Shown piece after piece: positions 8,535-20,494 of a stretch of DNA of 64,000 bases. Position 1 is the stretch's first letter; every line of letters starts with the position of its first letter. This DNA comes from Candidatus Omnitrophota bacterium. GTDB lineage: Bacteria > Omnitrophota > Gorgyraeia > Zapsychrales > JAHFFX01. Below the pieces are notes generated by a model. The model was not told where the DNA came from and did no database searches. It worked only from the letters and a program-made list of their open reading frames with translations. The stretch is from the NCBI GenBank assembly GCA_023247705.1, contig JAHFFY010000008.1:664-64663 (forward strand). Reading direction: 5' to 3'. Position numbers and translations under genes: made by a program.

Positions 8535-9938
8535 TTAAATTTCATTCAAAGAATACATAAACGCCGCCGTATATTCCCCGGCCTTCAATTCGAGAGACGG
8601 ATCCAGTCTATATAAGACTTTAAACTGGGAAGACTCCCCCTTATTATTAGAGAAGAATACCGGGGCACTTCCTTCCGGGACGGTGCTAAAACCCGCAAAT
8701 TCAATTCGCCCAGGATTATCTTTAAGCAGTTCCACCTTCATCGAAAACAAATCCGGCGCGATATTCTCTCCCGTCTGATTGGTCAAACGCGTCTGAACAT
8801 TTTGGGTCACCATATACGGACGGCCCAGGTTCGAGAACACCCTGACATTAATCTCTTTCATTTGAGGCGTCGTGCCCGGAATGAGACCGGTAAAATGAAC
8901 GCCTCCTTGCGGATAATCCACCTCCATGTTAAAGATCGGTGAAACATCAATTAGAAAATTGACCGGTATAATTTTGGAAAACTGTTCGCTTTCGACGACG
9001 TATCGTATTTGGCCCTGGTAACTGCCCGCTTTGGCATCAACAATTTTGTCTTTCTGAATTTCAAAGTTGATCGCAACTGAATCATTTTCCTCTTGCGAAG
9101 AATACACAAGAGAGCGTTTCTGGATGAATTCATTAAGATTCCCGGAAAATCCACCTCCTTTGTTTGTGGTGACACAGTTAATACTCGCAGGGTCAATGGG
9201 CTCACTCAAATCATTTTGCGGGGGCGTGTCCATTTCCTGAAAAATCCGGATCACCCCTCTATTGCCGGAAAACGAAAACTTAATGAAACCTTGATAATCG
9301 TTGCTTGTGCCCGTCCCCAAACGGATTACGCCTTTTCCTCCGGACGATTCAAGCTCAAAATTTTTATTTTCAGCGATATCCAGGGCGATATCCAAAAAAG
9401 CGTCCTGCAGGGAATTTCCCCCGATCGGTCTGACCGTGTAAATGATTTTCCCTAAAAAATTTCCCCCCTGAGACAACTGGTCTTTGTCGATCCGATAGAT
9501 CACGGTGAATGAATCATCGTCCCCGTTAGGGTTCGAGGTGTAGAGGAGCTCTTCTCCATACGCTAAACTGGTTTCATTTTGGGCATATAACGTTCCCAAA
9601 CTGTTTGAGCCGCTGAGCGTATAATTTTTGATAGCTTCTTGATCAAGGATCGTCCCTTTTTCATTGATCAAGGGGTTTTGAACGCGCTGAAAAACCTGAT
9701 ACTGTTGATGTTCATCCGAGGTAATGCGTAGACGCACTTCTTTGCTCACCACGGCGGAAGCGGAATCGATTGGACCGAAACGCAGACTGTTTCCCCCCTC
9801 CGAAGGATTAACGGACAAATTCATGGCGGCATATAAACTGGTAGGGGCCATCAGAAAGCTGCACAGCAGGATCGCGCAGGCGATGTCCTTTATTTCTCTC
9901 AATGCTAATGATTGATCTGGATTAGATAGAAATATCAT
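8535..9938 (-). CDS. Multi-domain fimbrial minor subunit / tip adhesin candidate
   Basis: Three pilin-like modules ending GGNFLGKIIYTV, AGSYQGQIRYVV and AGEYTAAFMYSL. The track start (9974) overlaps a TTGCTT..TATAAT promoter, so ATG 9938 is preferred. Confidence 0.6.
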   Translation of the reverse strand: MIFLSNPDQSLALREIKDIACAILLCSFLMAPTSLYAAMNLSVNPSEGGNSLRFGPIDSASAVVSKEVRLRITSDEHQQYQVFQRVQNPLINEKGTILDQEAIKNYTLSGSNSLGTLYAQNETSLAYGEELLYTSNPNGDDDSFTVIYRIDKDQLSQGGNFLGKIIYTVRPIGGNSLQDAFLDIALDIAENKNFELESSGGKGVIRLGTGTSNDYQGFIKFSFSGNRGVIRIFQEMDTPPQNDLSEPIDPASINCVTTNKGGGFSGNLNEFIQKRSLVYSSQEENDSVAINFEIQKDKIVDAKAGSYQGQIRYVVESEQFSKIIPVNFLIDVSPIFNMEVDYPQGGVHFTGLIPGTTPQMKEINVRVFSNLGRPYMVTQNVQTRLTNQTGENIAPDLFSMKVELLKDNPGRIEFAGFSTVPEGSAPVFFSNNKGESSQFKVLYRLDPSLELKAGEYTAAFMYSLNEI

Positions 9939-10041
9939 GGATATATTATACTCGAAATCGTCTGATAAAAGCAAAAGAAATTCCGTACCCCCTGTCGGGA
10001 CAACGGATTATTCTTAAATCTCGAAAAAAGGGTATATTCGC

Positions 10042-11319
10042 TTATAAAGGTTTTCGAAAAGGACGGATAATCAAACGTAAACCGCGATCATAGCTGAAAT
10101 AACTCCACGTCCAATTGACAAAAACAACCAAGCGGTTGCGAAACCCCACTAAGGTCATCAAATGGACGAACATCCAGACAAACCAGGCCAATATCCCCTG
10201 GAATTTGACAAACGGAAGCTCAACGACCGCATGATTGCGGCCGACGGTGGCCATAACGCCGAGACTCTGATACTGGAAAGGAATTAATTCTTCGTTACGC
10301 AAAAGTCTGCTGAGGTTGTTCGCCAAGCAACTCCCCTGCTGAATCGCAACCGGGGCCAGCATCGGGTGACCATTTGGATTTTTCGCGGTGACCACCGCAG
10401 CGACATCTCCCAGCGCGAAGATGTTCGCATGGCCTGCGACCCGGTTATAACAATCGACCTTGATACGATTCCCAAACGAGGCTTTTTCCCCAAGCCCCGG
10501 GATCGACGCCCCCGCAACCCCCGCTGCCCAGATCACGCTTTGACTCAATAATTGTTTTCCATTCGAAAAAATAATTTTCTTCCCATCGTAAGACGTAACG
10601 CCGGTGTTGAGCCAAACATTCACATCAAACCGTTTCAGAAATTCTTCCGCCTTGATCGAAGATTGATTAGACATCGCATTCACCAACCGATCGCTTTTTT
10701 CAATGATATGGATCTGCATTTTATTGATGTCCAGTTCCGGATAATCGCGGGGCAGGATATGGTTTTTCAGTTCGCCCAAAGCACCGGCGGTCTCGATGCC
10801 CGTTGGTCCGCCGCCGACCACGACAAAGGTCATCAAACTGTCCCGTTCAGGTAAATCGACCGTCAATAACGCCTTTTCAAAATTCTGCAGCACGAGGCTC
10901 CTTAAATTTAACGCCTCCGGAATGGTTTTCATCGGGACCGCATGGGTCGCAACATCCGTCATGCCGAAAAAATTCGTCCGCGATCCGGTGGCGAGGATGA
11001 GATAATCATACTCGATCTCTCCGATCGAAGTTTCGATCGCGTTGTGCTCAGGATTGATCCTTAAGACCTCAGCCATACGGAAAATAAAATTGTTCTGATG
11101 TTTGAATATTTTGCGGATCGGAAAGGCGATCGAATCCGGCTCCAGGCCTCCGGTCGCCACCTGATACAATAACGGCTGAAACGTATGATAGTTGTTTTTA
11201 TCGAGCAGGACGATTTGAATATCTTCCCGGCTCAATTTCTTGGCAAGTTCAATCCCGCCGAATCCGCCGCCGATGATCACCACTCTGGGCTTGTTGGTGA
11301 CGCTGATATTAACCGGCAT
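10042..11319 (-). CDS. ndh: Type II NADH dehydrogenase
   Basis: GGGFGG FAD motif, FQPLLYQVATG, VVGGGPTGIE, ALGD, W.FVHL..LVGFRNR. Confidence 0.93.
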   Translation of the reverse strand: MPVNISVTNKPRVVIIGGGFGGIELAKKLSREDIQIVLLDKNNYHTFQPLLYQVATGGLEPDSIAFPIRKIFKHQNNFIFRMAEVLRINPEHNAIETSIGEIEYDYLILATGSRTNFFGMTDVATHAVPMKTIPEALNLRSLVLQNFEKALLTVDLPERDSLMTFVVVGGGPTGIETAGALGELKNHILPRDYPELDINKMQIHIIEKSDRLVNAMSNQSSIKAEEFLKRFDVNVWLNTGVTSYDGKKIIFSNGKQLLSQSVIWAAGVAGASIPGLGEKASFGNRIKVDCYNRVAGHANIFALGDVAAVVTAKNPNGHPMLAPVAIQQGSCLANNLSRLLRNEELIPFQYQSLGVMATVGRNHAVVELPFVKFQGILAWFVWMFVHLMTLVGFRNRLVVFVNWTWSYFSYDRGLRLIIRPFRKPL

Positions 11320-11488
11320 GGATCACTCCTTTTTCGCTGCTTCTTTGGAAAGCGGAAAAAAATCAATTTTATAATATTGTACACGGTTTGAATTCCTTGT
11401 CTAGTCCCCCGACAAACTCATTTTTGAATGGACCCGGAATGAGCGGAAGCCTGAGCGTCAGCAATTTGAAAAGAATAAATTTTAAGAT

Positions 11489-12112
11489 TTAAGCTTTGGA
11501 GGCTATCTTACTCTTCATCATTTCAAAAACAATCGGAAGAAAAGACAGGAAAACAACGATGAGAATCACCCAATGAAGATATTTCTCGATATCCGGGATC
11601 AGAGAACCGACAAAATAACCGGCTAAAACAGTCAAGACCACCCATAAAACACCGCCGAAAATATTATAGAACACAAATTTCCTGTACTCCATCGCGGCCA
11701 CGCCCGCCACAGCGGGTGCGAAGGTCCGCACGAGCGGAACGAACCGGGCTAGGACGATTGTTTTCGGGCCGTACTTGTTGTAAAAGGCCTGAGTTTTCTC
11801 GAGGTGTTTTCGTTTGAAAAAAAACGAATCCTTCTTGGCAAAAAGCAGTTGACCCATCTTACGGCCGATTAAATATCCGACTTGATCTCCGATGACCGCG
11901 CACAACGGAACCAAGGTCAACAACTGGGTCAGGCTCAAATATTTCGCCGCGGCGAATATGCCCGCGGTCACAAGCAGCGAATCCCCGGGCAGAAAAAATC
12001 CGACGAATAATCCTGTTTCCACAAAGACGATGAGACAAATCGTAACTAATCCGCCCCATTCGATGATCCCGCGGACATCATAAAGATTGTGAAAAAATTC
12101 GGATATGCCCAT
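11489..12112 (-). CDS. dedA: DedA (VTT/SNARE-associated) membrane protein
   Basis: FVETGLFVGFFLPGDSLL, GDQVGY, ARFVPLVRTFAP. Confidence 0.93.
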   Translation of the reverse strand: MGISEFFHNLYDVRGIIEWGGLVTICLIVFVETGLFVGFFLPGDSLLVTAGIFAAAKYLSLTQLLTLVPLCAVIGDQVGYLIGRKMGQLLFAKKDSFFFKRKHLEKTQAFYNKYGPKTIVLARFVPLVRTFAPAVAGVAAMEYRKFVFYNIFGGVLWVVLTVLAGYFVGSLIPDIEKYLHWVILIVVFLSFLPIVFEMMKSKIASKA

Positions 12113-12134
12113 TCTTATCTTTCGTTTGATTCGA

Positions 12135-12231
12135 TTATTGAGCTTTTTCTTTCCGACTCTAAATCTCTCGCTGGCGATACCGACGTTGGTGAGAGATTTA
12201 GAGTTTCGTTTAGTAGAAAGAAGCTCAATAA
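12135..12231. repeat. 97-bp palindromic element (MITE-like), copy 1
   Basis: Terminal IR TTATTGAGCTT/AAGCTCAATAA; inner IR CTCTAAATCTCTC/GAGAGATTTAGAG. Confidence 0.85.
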
Positions 12232-12506
12232 CTGGGATCAGATTTTTCTTCGATGGTTTCCAGGAGGACCGTCACCTTATTCTTCAACACTTCCAGAAAT
12301 CCTTTTCCTTTGGAATGAAAAACGGCATTGGAATCCTTCTCGCCACGAACCACAATTTTTCCCGGCACTAAGGTGGTCATCAGGGGGGCATGTTCAGCGA
12401 GGATCCCTAAATAGCCTATTTCTCCCGGGACGGTGATGGATTCAGCGCTGCCTTTATAAAGCGTTTTTTCCGGAATGAGGATATTAAGAAAAAATGACTT
12501 CTGCAT
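12225..12506 (-). CDS. atpC: ATP synthase epsilon subunit (short form)
   Basis: PGEIGYLGILAEHAPL..L.PG, GFLEV..NKVTVL. Confidence 0.92.
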   Translation of the reverse strand: MQKSFFLNILIPEKTLYKGSAESITVPGEIGYLGILAEHAPLMTTLVPGKIVVRGEKDSNAVFHSKGKGFLEVLKNKVTVLLETIEEKSDPSY

Positions 12507-12511
12507 GGAGA

Positions 12512-13960
<1,449 letters not shown>

Positions 13961-13963
13961 TTA

Positions 13964-14080
13964 TAGTTTCCGAGTTAGCGAGTTTAACGGGTTCACGAGT
14001 TGATTGGCCCGTCGCTCAATTCGAGAACGGTCTAATAAAGAACTCGCAAAACTCGTCAACTCCGAAACTCGCGAACTCTA
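13964..14080. repeat. Short-period GAGTT/AACTC tandem units in inverted arrangement
   Basis: GAGTTAGCGAGTTTAACGGGTTCACGAGTT...AACTCGCAAAACTCGTCAACTCCGAAACTCGCGAACTC. Confidence 0.7.
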
Positions 14081-14083
14081 GAT

Positions 14084-14956
14084 CTAATTCTTCAACGCCT
14101 CCGCCCCGGAAATAATTTCAATCAACTCCTTGGTGATCGCCGCTTGCCTGGCGCGGTTGCGCAATAACGTATATTTCGCGATCAAATCTGTGGCGTTCTG
14201 TGTCGCTTTGTCCATCGCCGTCATCCGCGCGCCGTGTTCACCGGCGGAATTTTCCAGCAGCGTATAATAAATCTTATAATAAAAAAACGTCTGGACCAAA
14301 GACTGCAGAAGCTCTTCCTGTCCCGGTTCCAAAATATAATCGGAGGCCGTCGCCCCTCCTTGATCCAACAGCTCAGATGACTGGATCGGCAGGATTTTTT
14401 CGATGGCCGGCACTTGCGAAAGCGGATTATTGAATCGATTGAATGCAATATACACCTCATCACAATTTCCGGAACAAAATGCCTCGCGAAGATCATCCGC
14501 CATTCTTCTCGTCGCCATAAAATCGAATTTGGTCGCCAGGCCTTCATAATTCTTTTTAATCGCCAAATGGTTTCGAAAGGCCATCCACCCCCGCTTGCCG
14601 CAACAGATCATCTCAATGTGTTCATAACGCCCTTTCATCTCCTTGAGCCAGTTAAAAATTTTTTTTATCAGATTATTATTAAACCCGCCGCATAATCCTT
14701 TATCAGATGAGATAACAACGATCAGTAATTTCTTAACCGGATACCGCGCAAACAAGAGCGGATGGGACGTTGAATCGACGGAAGCGCTGAGCCGGGCGAT
14801 CAATCCGGTCAGTTCCCGCGCGTAATGTTTGGCATTGATCTGTTTGTGATGGATCTGGCGTAATTTGCTCGCCGACACCAATTTCATCGTGCGCGTCATC
14901 TTTTTGGTGTTCGCGAGGCTCTTTAACTTCGCTTTGTATTCTTTGATGGTTGGCAT
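14084..14956 (-). CDS. atpG: ATP synthase gamma subunit
   Basis: SDKGLCGGFN, EHGARMTAM..AT.NA, RQAAITKELIEIISGA. Confidence 0.97.
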   Translation of the reverse strand: MPTIKEYKAKLKSLANTKKMTRTMKLVSASKLRQIHHKQINAKHYARELTGLIARLSASVDSTSHPLLFARYPVKKLLIVVISSDKGLCGGFNNNLIKKIFNWLKEMKGRYEHIEMICCGKRGWMAFRNHLAIKKNYEGLATKFDFMATRRMADDLREAFCSGNCDEVYIAFNRFNNPLSQVPAIEKILPIQSSELLDQGGATASDYILEPGQEELLQSLVQTFFYYKIYYTLLENSAGEHGARMTAMDKATQNATDLIAKYTLLRNRARQAAITKELIEIISGAEALKN

Positions 14957-15022
14957 GGGGTGAAAAAAATGTTAGATGTTAGATGCTGGCTGTTAGACGC
15001 ATCTAACGATTATCAATAATTC

Positions 15023-16537
15023 CTATCCCAACGACTGAAACGTCCTCTTGAAATCCGTCAGGAGCTTATTCAATTCTTGTTTGACCGGTTCGGTCAACGC
15101 CTTTTCTTTATAAAAAAGTTTGACAAACTCGGCGTACGTCGAATCCAGCGCCTCAAACAGTTTGGCTTCAAAATCCGGGATCTTCTTGACTGCAATATCA
15201 TCCAGATAACCGTTGGTGCCCGCAAAAATAATCACCACCTGTTTGACGACCGCCAGCGGAACATGGATCCCTTGTTTGATAACCACCATCAAACGCTGAC
15301 CGCGTTCCAGTTGCCGTCGGGTAGCCGCGTCCAAATCGCTGGCGAATTGCGAAAAGGCCGCCAGTTCACGGTACTGCGCCAGATCCAGACGCAAGGTCCC
15401 GGCGGTTTGTTTCATCGCCTTGATCTGGGCATCGCCGCCGACACGCGAAACGGAAATCCCCGGGTTGATGGCCGGACGCTGACCGGCGTTAAACAAATCG
15501 GATTCCAAAAAAATCTGACCATCGGTGATCGAAATAACGTTCGTAGGAATGTACCCGGAAACGTCGCCGGCCTGGGTTTCGATAATCGGCAACGATGTCA
15601 AACTGCCCCCGCCTTTTTTGCTGTTCATTTTGGCGGAGCGTTCCAACAGACGGCTGTGCAGATAAAAGATATCGCCCGGATACGCCTCTCTTCCCGGTGG
15701 ACGGCGCAAAAGCAACGACAACTGACGGTACGACTGGGCCTGTTTGCTCAAATCATCATAAATAATCAAGGCATGCCGGCCGCTGTCGCGGTAAAACTCG
15801 GCCATCGCAGTGGCGGAATAGGCGGCCAAAAACTGCATCGGCGCCGGATCAGAGGCAGTCGCCGCCACAATCGTCGTGTATTCCATGGCCCCATATTTTT
15901 TTAATGTCTCATAAATCTCAACGACGGTCGAACGTTTTTGTCCGATCGCCACATAAAAGCAGTAAACGCTTTCGCCGCGCTGGTTGATGATCGTGTCGAT
16001 CGCCAGGGCCGTCTTGCCGGTCTTGCGGTCGCCGATAATCAGCTCGCGCTGTCCGCGACCGATCGGCGTCAACGCATCGATAACTTTGATTCCGGTCTGT
16101 AAAGGTTCATGCACATCCTGGCGTTCAATAATGCCGGGGGCCTTCGATTCAATCGGACGAAATTCCTTGGCCTGAATCGGCGCGTTTCCATCGATGGTCA
16201 CTCCCAACGCGTCCACGATCCGGCCCAACAAACATTCTCCGACCGGAACCGATGCCAAGCGCTGGGTCCGTTTCACCTGGTCGCCTTCCTTAACGCTGAA
16301 ATCCTCGCCGAAGACCGCAACCCCGACGTTGTCTTCCTCCAGGTTCATGGCCATACCGATGACCCCGCTCTCAAACTCAACCAACTCCCCCGCCATGACC
16401 TGAGCGAGACCATAAACCCGCGCAATCCCGTCGCTCATGCTTAACACCGTTCCGACCTCATAACTGGTGGCCCGGGTTTCAAAGTCTCCTAATTGTTTTT
16501 TGATAATGGCTGAAATTTCTGAGGGTTTAATATCCAT
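15023..16537 (-). CDS. atpA: ATP synthase alpha subunit
   Basis: [32 protein letters not shown] 16537 (MDIKPSEIS) preferred. Confidence 0.98.
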   Translation of the reverse strand: MDIKPSEISAIIKKQLGDFETRATSYEVGTVLSMSDGIARVYGLAQVMAGELVEFESGVIGMAMNLEEDNVGVAVFGEDFSVKEGDQVKRTQRLASVPVGECLLGRIVDALGVTIDGNAPIQAKEFRPIESKAPGIIERQDVHEPLQTGIKVIDALTPIGRGQRELIIGDRKTGKTALAIDTIINQRGESVYCFYVAIGQKRSTVVEIYETLKKYGAMEYTTIVAATASDPAPMQFLAAYSATAMAEFYRDSGRHALIIYDDLSKQAQSYRQLSLLLRRPPGREAYPGDIFYLHSRLLERSAKMNSKKGGGSLTSLPIIETQAGDVSGYIPTNVISITDGQIFLESDLFNAGQRPAINPGISVSRVGGDAQIKAMKQTAGTLRLDLAQYRELAAFSQFASDLDAATRRQLERGQRLMVVIKQGIHVPLAVVKQVVIIFAGTNGYLDDIAVKKIPDFEAKLFEALDSTYAEFVKLFYKEKALTEPVKQELNKLLTDFKRTFQSLG

Positions 16538-16691
16538 AGGGCCCTGGCTCTCCTTCCAAAAAAATCGCTCTCGCGTGATCATTCACCAGCGATTTTCGCA
16601 ACCCACCTGCTTTCTTTTCGAAGAAAACAAGGGGGGAATGATTATATACTTTTCCAAAATTCTTATACAGCAAAAAACAACCCGATGACGC

Positions 16692-17228
16692 TCACCTCTT
16701 CATCACCGACAACTCAAATACCTCCAACTGATGTTTGATCGTGAAATCATAAATCAGATCGCCCACCGCGATTTTAAATCCGCCTAACAATTGGGAATCA
16801 ATCTGAAAAAACGGCTGAATGTCCTTTTTGAAATAAGCTTTTAGTTTGCTGCTGATCTGCTGGACCTGTTCCGGTTTTAAAGGACACACACTGGCGATCT
16901 TCACGTTCATGATCCCGGTTTTTTGCAGATAAAAATTTTCGAATCCTTCAGCGATGGCCGGGAATTGAGAAAGCCGTCGACGCTTGATCAAAAAATTCAG
17001 GAAAGCATAGGTCAAAGGATTCATTTTTGTCTTGAAGGCTTCCTCGATAATTTGCTGCTGTTTGTTTTCCGGGATGATGGGATTCTTCAAAAACCCGGCC
17101 AACTCCGGACTCGCCTTGACGGCCGCCAAAAGAGATTTCAAATCCTCATAGACCTCTTTCAAAGCGCCCTTGTCCTGGGCCAAATCAAATAACGCCTGGG
17201 CGTAACGCGGCGCGGATTTCGTTTTCAT
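16692..17228 (-). CDS. atpH: ATP synthase delta subunit
   Basis: RYAQALF, D..LLGGF...GD..YD. Confidence 0.92.
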   Translation of the reverse strand: MKTKSAPRYAQALFDLAQDKGALKEVYEDLKSLLAAVKASPELAGFLKNPIIPENKQQQIIEEAFKTKMNPLTYAFLNFLIKRRRLSQFPAIAEGFENFYLQKTGIMNVKIASVCPLKPEQVQQISSKLKAYFKKDIQPFFQIDSQLLGGFKIAVGDLIYDFTIKHQLEVFELSVMKR

Positions 17229-17788
17229 TGGATGGATTCCGGTTTCCAATCTTTAATAAACTGGTCGATTAGTTTCTGCTGTTTGGATTCGTCCAGGTTT
17301 TCCTTGAGGATTTTCTGGGCCAAACCGACCGCCCAATGAACGCTTTCCTGGCGCAGCGTAATTTGCGCCTTTTCAATTATCTTCTTAATTTCCTGGTTGG
17401 CGTTCGTGAGCATGATCTGGGCTTCTTCTTTGGCCTGATGTTCGATCACCTTGGCCGCTTCAACGGCTGCCTTGCGCGAACGTTCGACAATTATTTTGGC
17501 CTGTTCATCCGCCTCTTTGATCATCTGGCGGCTCGCCTCCTGAACCTTTTGCAATTCTTCTTTGGCTTTCTTGGCATCATCTAAAGACTGACGGATCGTA
17601 TTCTCCCGCGCTTCTAATACCGCAAGGATCGGCTTCCAGGCAAACTTATAAAGGATCGCCAACAAAATAAAAAACGTGACATACGATAAGACCGCGATCG
17701 TACTATCGGGACTCATCAGCCCGCCCTGCGCTGCACCGGCGTGGCCTTCCTGCGCATCGACTTCAATTGTTTCGGCGTAAGCGAACAT
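17225..17788 (-). CDS. atpF: ATP synthase b subunit
   Basis: TM segment, then KFAWKPIL..LEARE, then coiled coil. Confidence 0.93.
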   Translation of the reverse strand: MFAYAETIEVDAQEGHAGAAQGGLMSPDSTIAVLSYVTFFILLAILYKFAWKPILAVLEARENTIRQSLDDAKKAKEELQKVQEASRQMIKEADEQAKIIVERSRKAAVEAAKVIEHQAKEEAQIMLTNANQEIKKIIEKAQITLRQESVHWAVGLAQKILKENLDESKQQKLIDQFIKDWKPESIQ

Positions 17789-17871
17789 AAATAAACGTTA
17801 AACTCCTTTAGCATCAATGAATGGATAGAATCAGTTCCGGTTTTCGGAAAAAGACTCTCTTCATCTTAAAA

Positions 17872-18099
17872 TTATTTAAGCGCCATGAAACAGATCACCG
17901 CGGCAAAAAGCGCAACCCCTTCGATCAAGGCGGCCGCGACCAACATCGCCGTCTGGATTTTACCGGCCATCTCCGGCTGACGGGCCATGGCCGTCAAAGC
18001 GCTGGCCGCGAGTTGTCCGACACCGATCCCGACACCAATGGCGACCAACCCCGCCCCGACAGCGGCAAAACTTCCATGAAATACTTGACTTGCTTCCAT
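17872..18099 (-). CDS. atpE: ATP synthase c subunit (H+-type)
   Basis: GxGxG hairpin, ARQPE, LIEG; the Na+-type ES/T motif is absent. Confidence 0.96.
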   Translation of the reverse strand: MEASQVFHGSFAAVGAGLVAIGVGIGVGQLAASALTAMARQPEMAGKIQTAMLVAAALIEGVALFAAVICFMALK

Positions 18100-18170
18100 G
18101 TGACCTCTCTTTCTTGTTATTCTTTTGATCTAACCGATCACCTTAAAAACGGTTTAATTATTTTTCCAGA

Positions 18171-18932
18171 TCAATGCTCCGGATGATACATCTGCCCGAT
18201 GAAAAGGGCAGAGAGCAACGTAAAAATATACGCCTGCAAAAAAGAAACAAACACTTCCAGAAGCGAAATAAAGACCGCCAAAAAAACCACCGGCAAGGCA
18301 ACGAGTCCCAAAATCACAACCAGACTCAAAATCGCCAGGATCACAATGTGTCCGGCAAGCATATTGGCAAAAAGACGGATCATCAACGCGAACGCCTTGA
18401 TGAAAACCCCCATAAATTCAATCGGTGTTAAAATCAACAAAACCGGCAACGGCACGCCCGATGGGACAAAAATTTTGATAAAGTGTACAAACCCATTCTT
18501 GTAGATTGATCCCAAGATCATAAAAGACAAGACCGACAGCGCCAGCCCGCAAGTCAGGCTGACGTTCGAGGTAACCGTTGGAAAAACCGGGATCAATCCC
18601 AGCAGATTAGACATCAGGATAAAAAAGAAATACGTGCAAAAAAGCGGCGTCATTTTCCGGCCGTCTTCGGGGCCCAGGCAGGCGATCGAAATTTCATCAC
18701 GGATAAAAACGACGAACATCTCCAGCAGATTGGTCATTCCGGTCGGGACGCCGGCCGTTTTCTTATAGACAAACCCGAAGATAAAAATCAGCAGACAACT
18801 GACAACGAGAAGAAACAACGTGTGGACGGTCAGAAAAGAAGGCAAATGGACCGCAGGAAGAAAAGGAGCAGGATGCCAGGCATGAGAATTTTGCAGATGT
18901 TTAATAATATATTTTGCGGGATCAAATTCCAT
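18171..18932 (-). CDS. atpB: ATP synthase a subunit
   Basis: IRLFANMLAGH, LQAYIFTLLS. Confidence 0.96.
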   Translation of the reverse strand: MEFDPAKYIIKHLQNSHAWHPAPFLPAVHLPSFLTVHTLFLLVVSCLLIFIFGFVYKKTAGVPTGMTNLLEMFVVFIRDEISIACLGPEDGRKMTPLFCTYFFFILMSNLLGLIPVFPTVTSNVSLTCGLALSVLSFMILGSIYKNGFVHFIKIFVPSGVPLPVLLILTPIEFMGVFIKAFALMIRLFANMLAGHIVILAILSLVVILGLVALPVVFLAVFISLLEVFVSFLQAYIFTLLSALFIGQMYHPEH

Positions 18933-18945
18933 AAAAATAAATTCG

Positions 18946-18980
18946 TTATTGAGCTTTTCTTTCCCCTATTCTAAGGATCT
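18946..18980. repeat. Partial copy (left arm) of the 97-bp element
   Basis: TTATTGAGCTTTTCTTTCC... Confidence 0.6.
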
Positions 18981-19186
18981 TTCTTGGGCCGAGAATCATG
19001 ATCTCCTTTGCTTAATAACTTCCACGCCTCATAACCGCAATACAACAACCCCACAAACATACCGATCAACGTCCAGTATTCGGTTCCTTTGCGTTGATCG
19101 ATCCAATAACCGATACCGGAAAAAACAATCATCCCGCTGACCAGATTAAAACCAAAGGAAATCGCATTATTATTGAGCTTTCCCAT
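18971..19186 (-). CDS. atpZ: AtpZ/AtpI-family ATP synthase accessory protein
   Basis: GIGYWID...T..W.LIG.FVG, first gene of the atp operon. Confidence 0.8.
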   Translation of the reverse strand: MGKLNNNAISFGFNLVSGMIVFSGIGYWIDQRKGTEYWTLIGMFVGLLYCGYEAWKLLSKGDHDSRPKKDP

Positions 19187-19267
19187 TTAAATTCCAAATC
19201 TCCCTCTTGTCATGTGAACGCTGTCGGGAGATTTAGAGTTCTGCTTACTTAAAAAGAAGCTCAATAA
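19170..19267. repeat. 97-bp palindromic element, diverged copy 2
   Basis: TTATTGAGCTT...AAATCTCCC/GGGAGATTT...AAGCTCAATAA. Confidence 0.8.
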
Positions 19268-19428
19268 GCCTTTCCTTTCCAGGTCCCAATCGCCCCTGCC
19301 TCTCTTCAATCTTATTGGTCTTTTTCTTTAAAAAGTGGCCTTATAATATCATAAGAATTTGAAAGTCAAAATAAAAAATATTAAATCAAACACCATGTCC
19401 CAAGAGAGGGGAAATTGTTGATTCTGAA

Positions 19429-20193
19429 TTAAATAAAGAGAAAAATAACCGCAACTACGATCCGGTAAACCCCAAACCAGGTAAAGTTATGTTGTTTGAT
19501 GAAATGCAGCAAAAATTTGATACTGAAGATCGCCACGACAAACGATACGATAAATCCGACCAACAATAATTTGAATTGCGATACCGAAAATTCATGGGCG
19601 TGTTTGATCAGATCCAACCCCGTGGCCGCCAGCATGGTCGGCGCGGCCAATAAAAAGGAAAACTCTACGATCACGGTCCGTTTGATGCCGATCGCCAATC
19701 CCCCCAGGATCGTCGCGGCGGAACGGGAAACCCCGGGGACCATCGCCAGAGATTGAAACAACCCGACCATAAAAGCTTTGGGGTAAGAAATTTTTTCCAG
19801 CTCCCGGACTGCATCCTTCCGTTCATGATAAAAAAATTCGAACACAATAATAATGACACCGCCAATTAAAAGCGACCACAACACCACCTGGATGTTTTCC
19901 ATCAGGATGTGTTTGATCATCTTGTAAAGGACTAATCCCATCACCGCGGTTGGGACAAAGGCGACACACACCCGGCTTAAGATTTTCCGGTTCAGGATAA
20001 ATTTCTGCCAATACAAAACAACGACCGACAAAATTGCGCCCAACTGAATGGAGATATCGAATGTCTTCAGATATTCGGTTGATGGCAAACTTAATAACTT
20101 GGAAGTTAACAACAAATGCCCGGTTGAGGACACCGGCAAGAATTCGGTGCCCCCTTCCACCAGGCCCAACACGACCGTATCAAGCATATTCAT
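19429..20193 (-). CDS. uppP: Undecaprenyl-diphosphatase
   Basis: EG.TEFLPVSSTGHL, IQLGAILSV, PGVSRSAATI, EFSFLLA.P. Confidence 0.96.
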   Translation of the reverse strand: MNMLDTVVLGLVEGGTEFLPVSSTGHLLLTSKLLSLPSTEYLKTFDISIQLGAILSVVVLYWQKFILNRKILSRVCVAFVPTAVMGLVLYKMIKHILMENIQVVLWSLLIGGVIIIVFEFFYHERKDAVRELEKISYPKAFMVGLFQSLAMVPGVSRSAATILGGLAIGIKRTVIVEFSFLLAAPTMLAATGLDLIKHAHEFSVSQFKLLLVGFIVSFVVAIFSIKFLLHFIKQHNFTWFGVYRIVVAVIFLFI

Positions 20194-20243
20194 CTTTTAT
20201 TTCGCTCCGTTTAGTCTTTTTAATTTAATCCAAACAGCGATTT

Positions 20244-20320
20244 ACTATACACATGAATAGCCAGAGCTGCAAGCGGCAAGGCATATTTTCCCTCAAGGCA
20301 TATTTTCCGGGCATATTTTC
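20244..20320 (-). promoter_or_regulatory. uppP promoter with three upstream 11-bp direct repeats
   Basis: Minus strand TTGCAG (20272-20267), 17-nt spacer, TATAGT (20249-20244). GGCATATTTTC at 20280, 20297 and 20310. Confidence 0.55.
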
Positions 20321-20494
20321 TCACTTGGAAAATCCAGACAAAAACAACACCCAAAGACAAATAGCGCATCGGTATTTCCGTATTTTCTCCTGTTCTTCCA
20401 TCCGTTGGGTTCAGGAAGGAGTCCTTCATCACAATCATATGCCGGGGGACTGCAACCGCCATCGTACAGCCGATCCCTAGATAAAAAATCGGTA

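Noticed and set aside
15077-15904. Long antisense ORFs (also 23902-24684, 2037-2600, 55999-56457)
   Set aside because: Shadow frames opposite well-supported genes, with no recognisable motifs.
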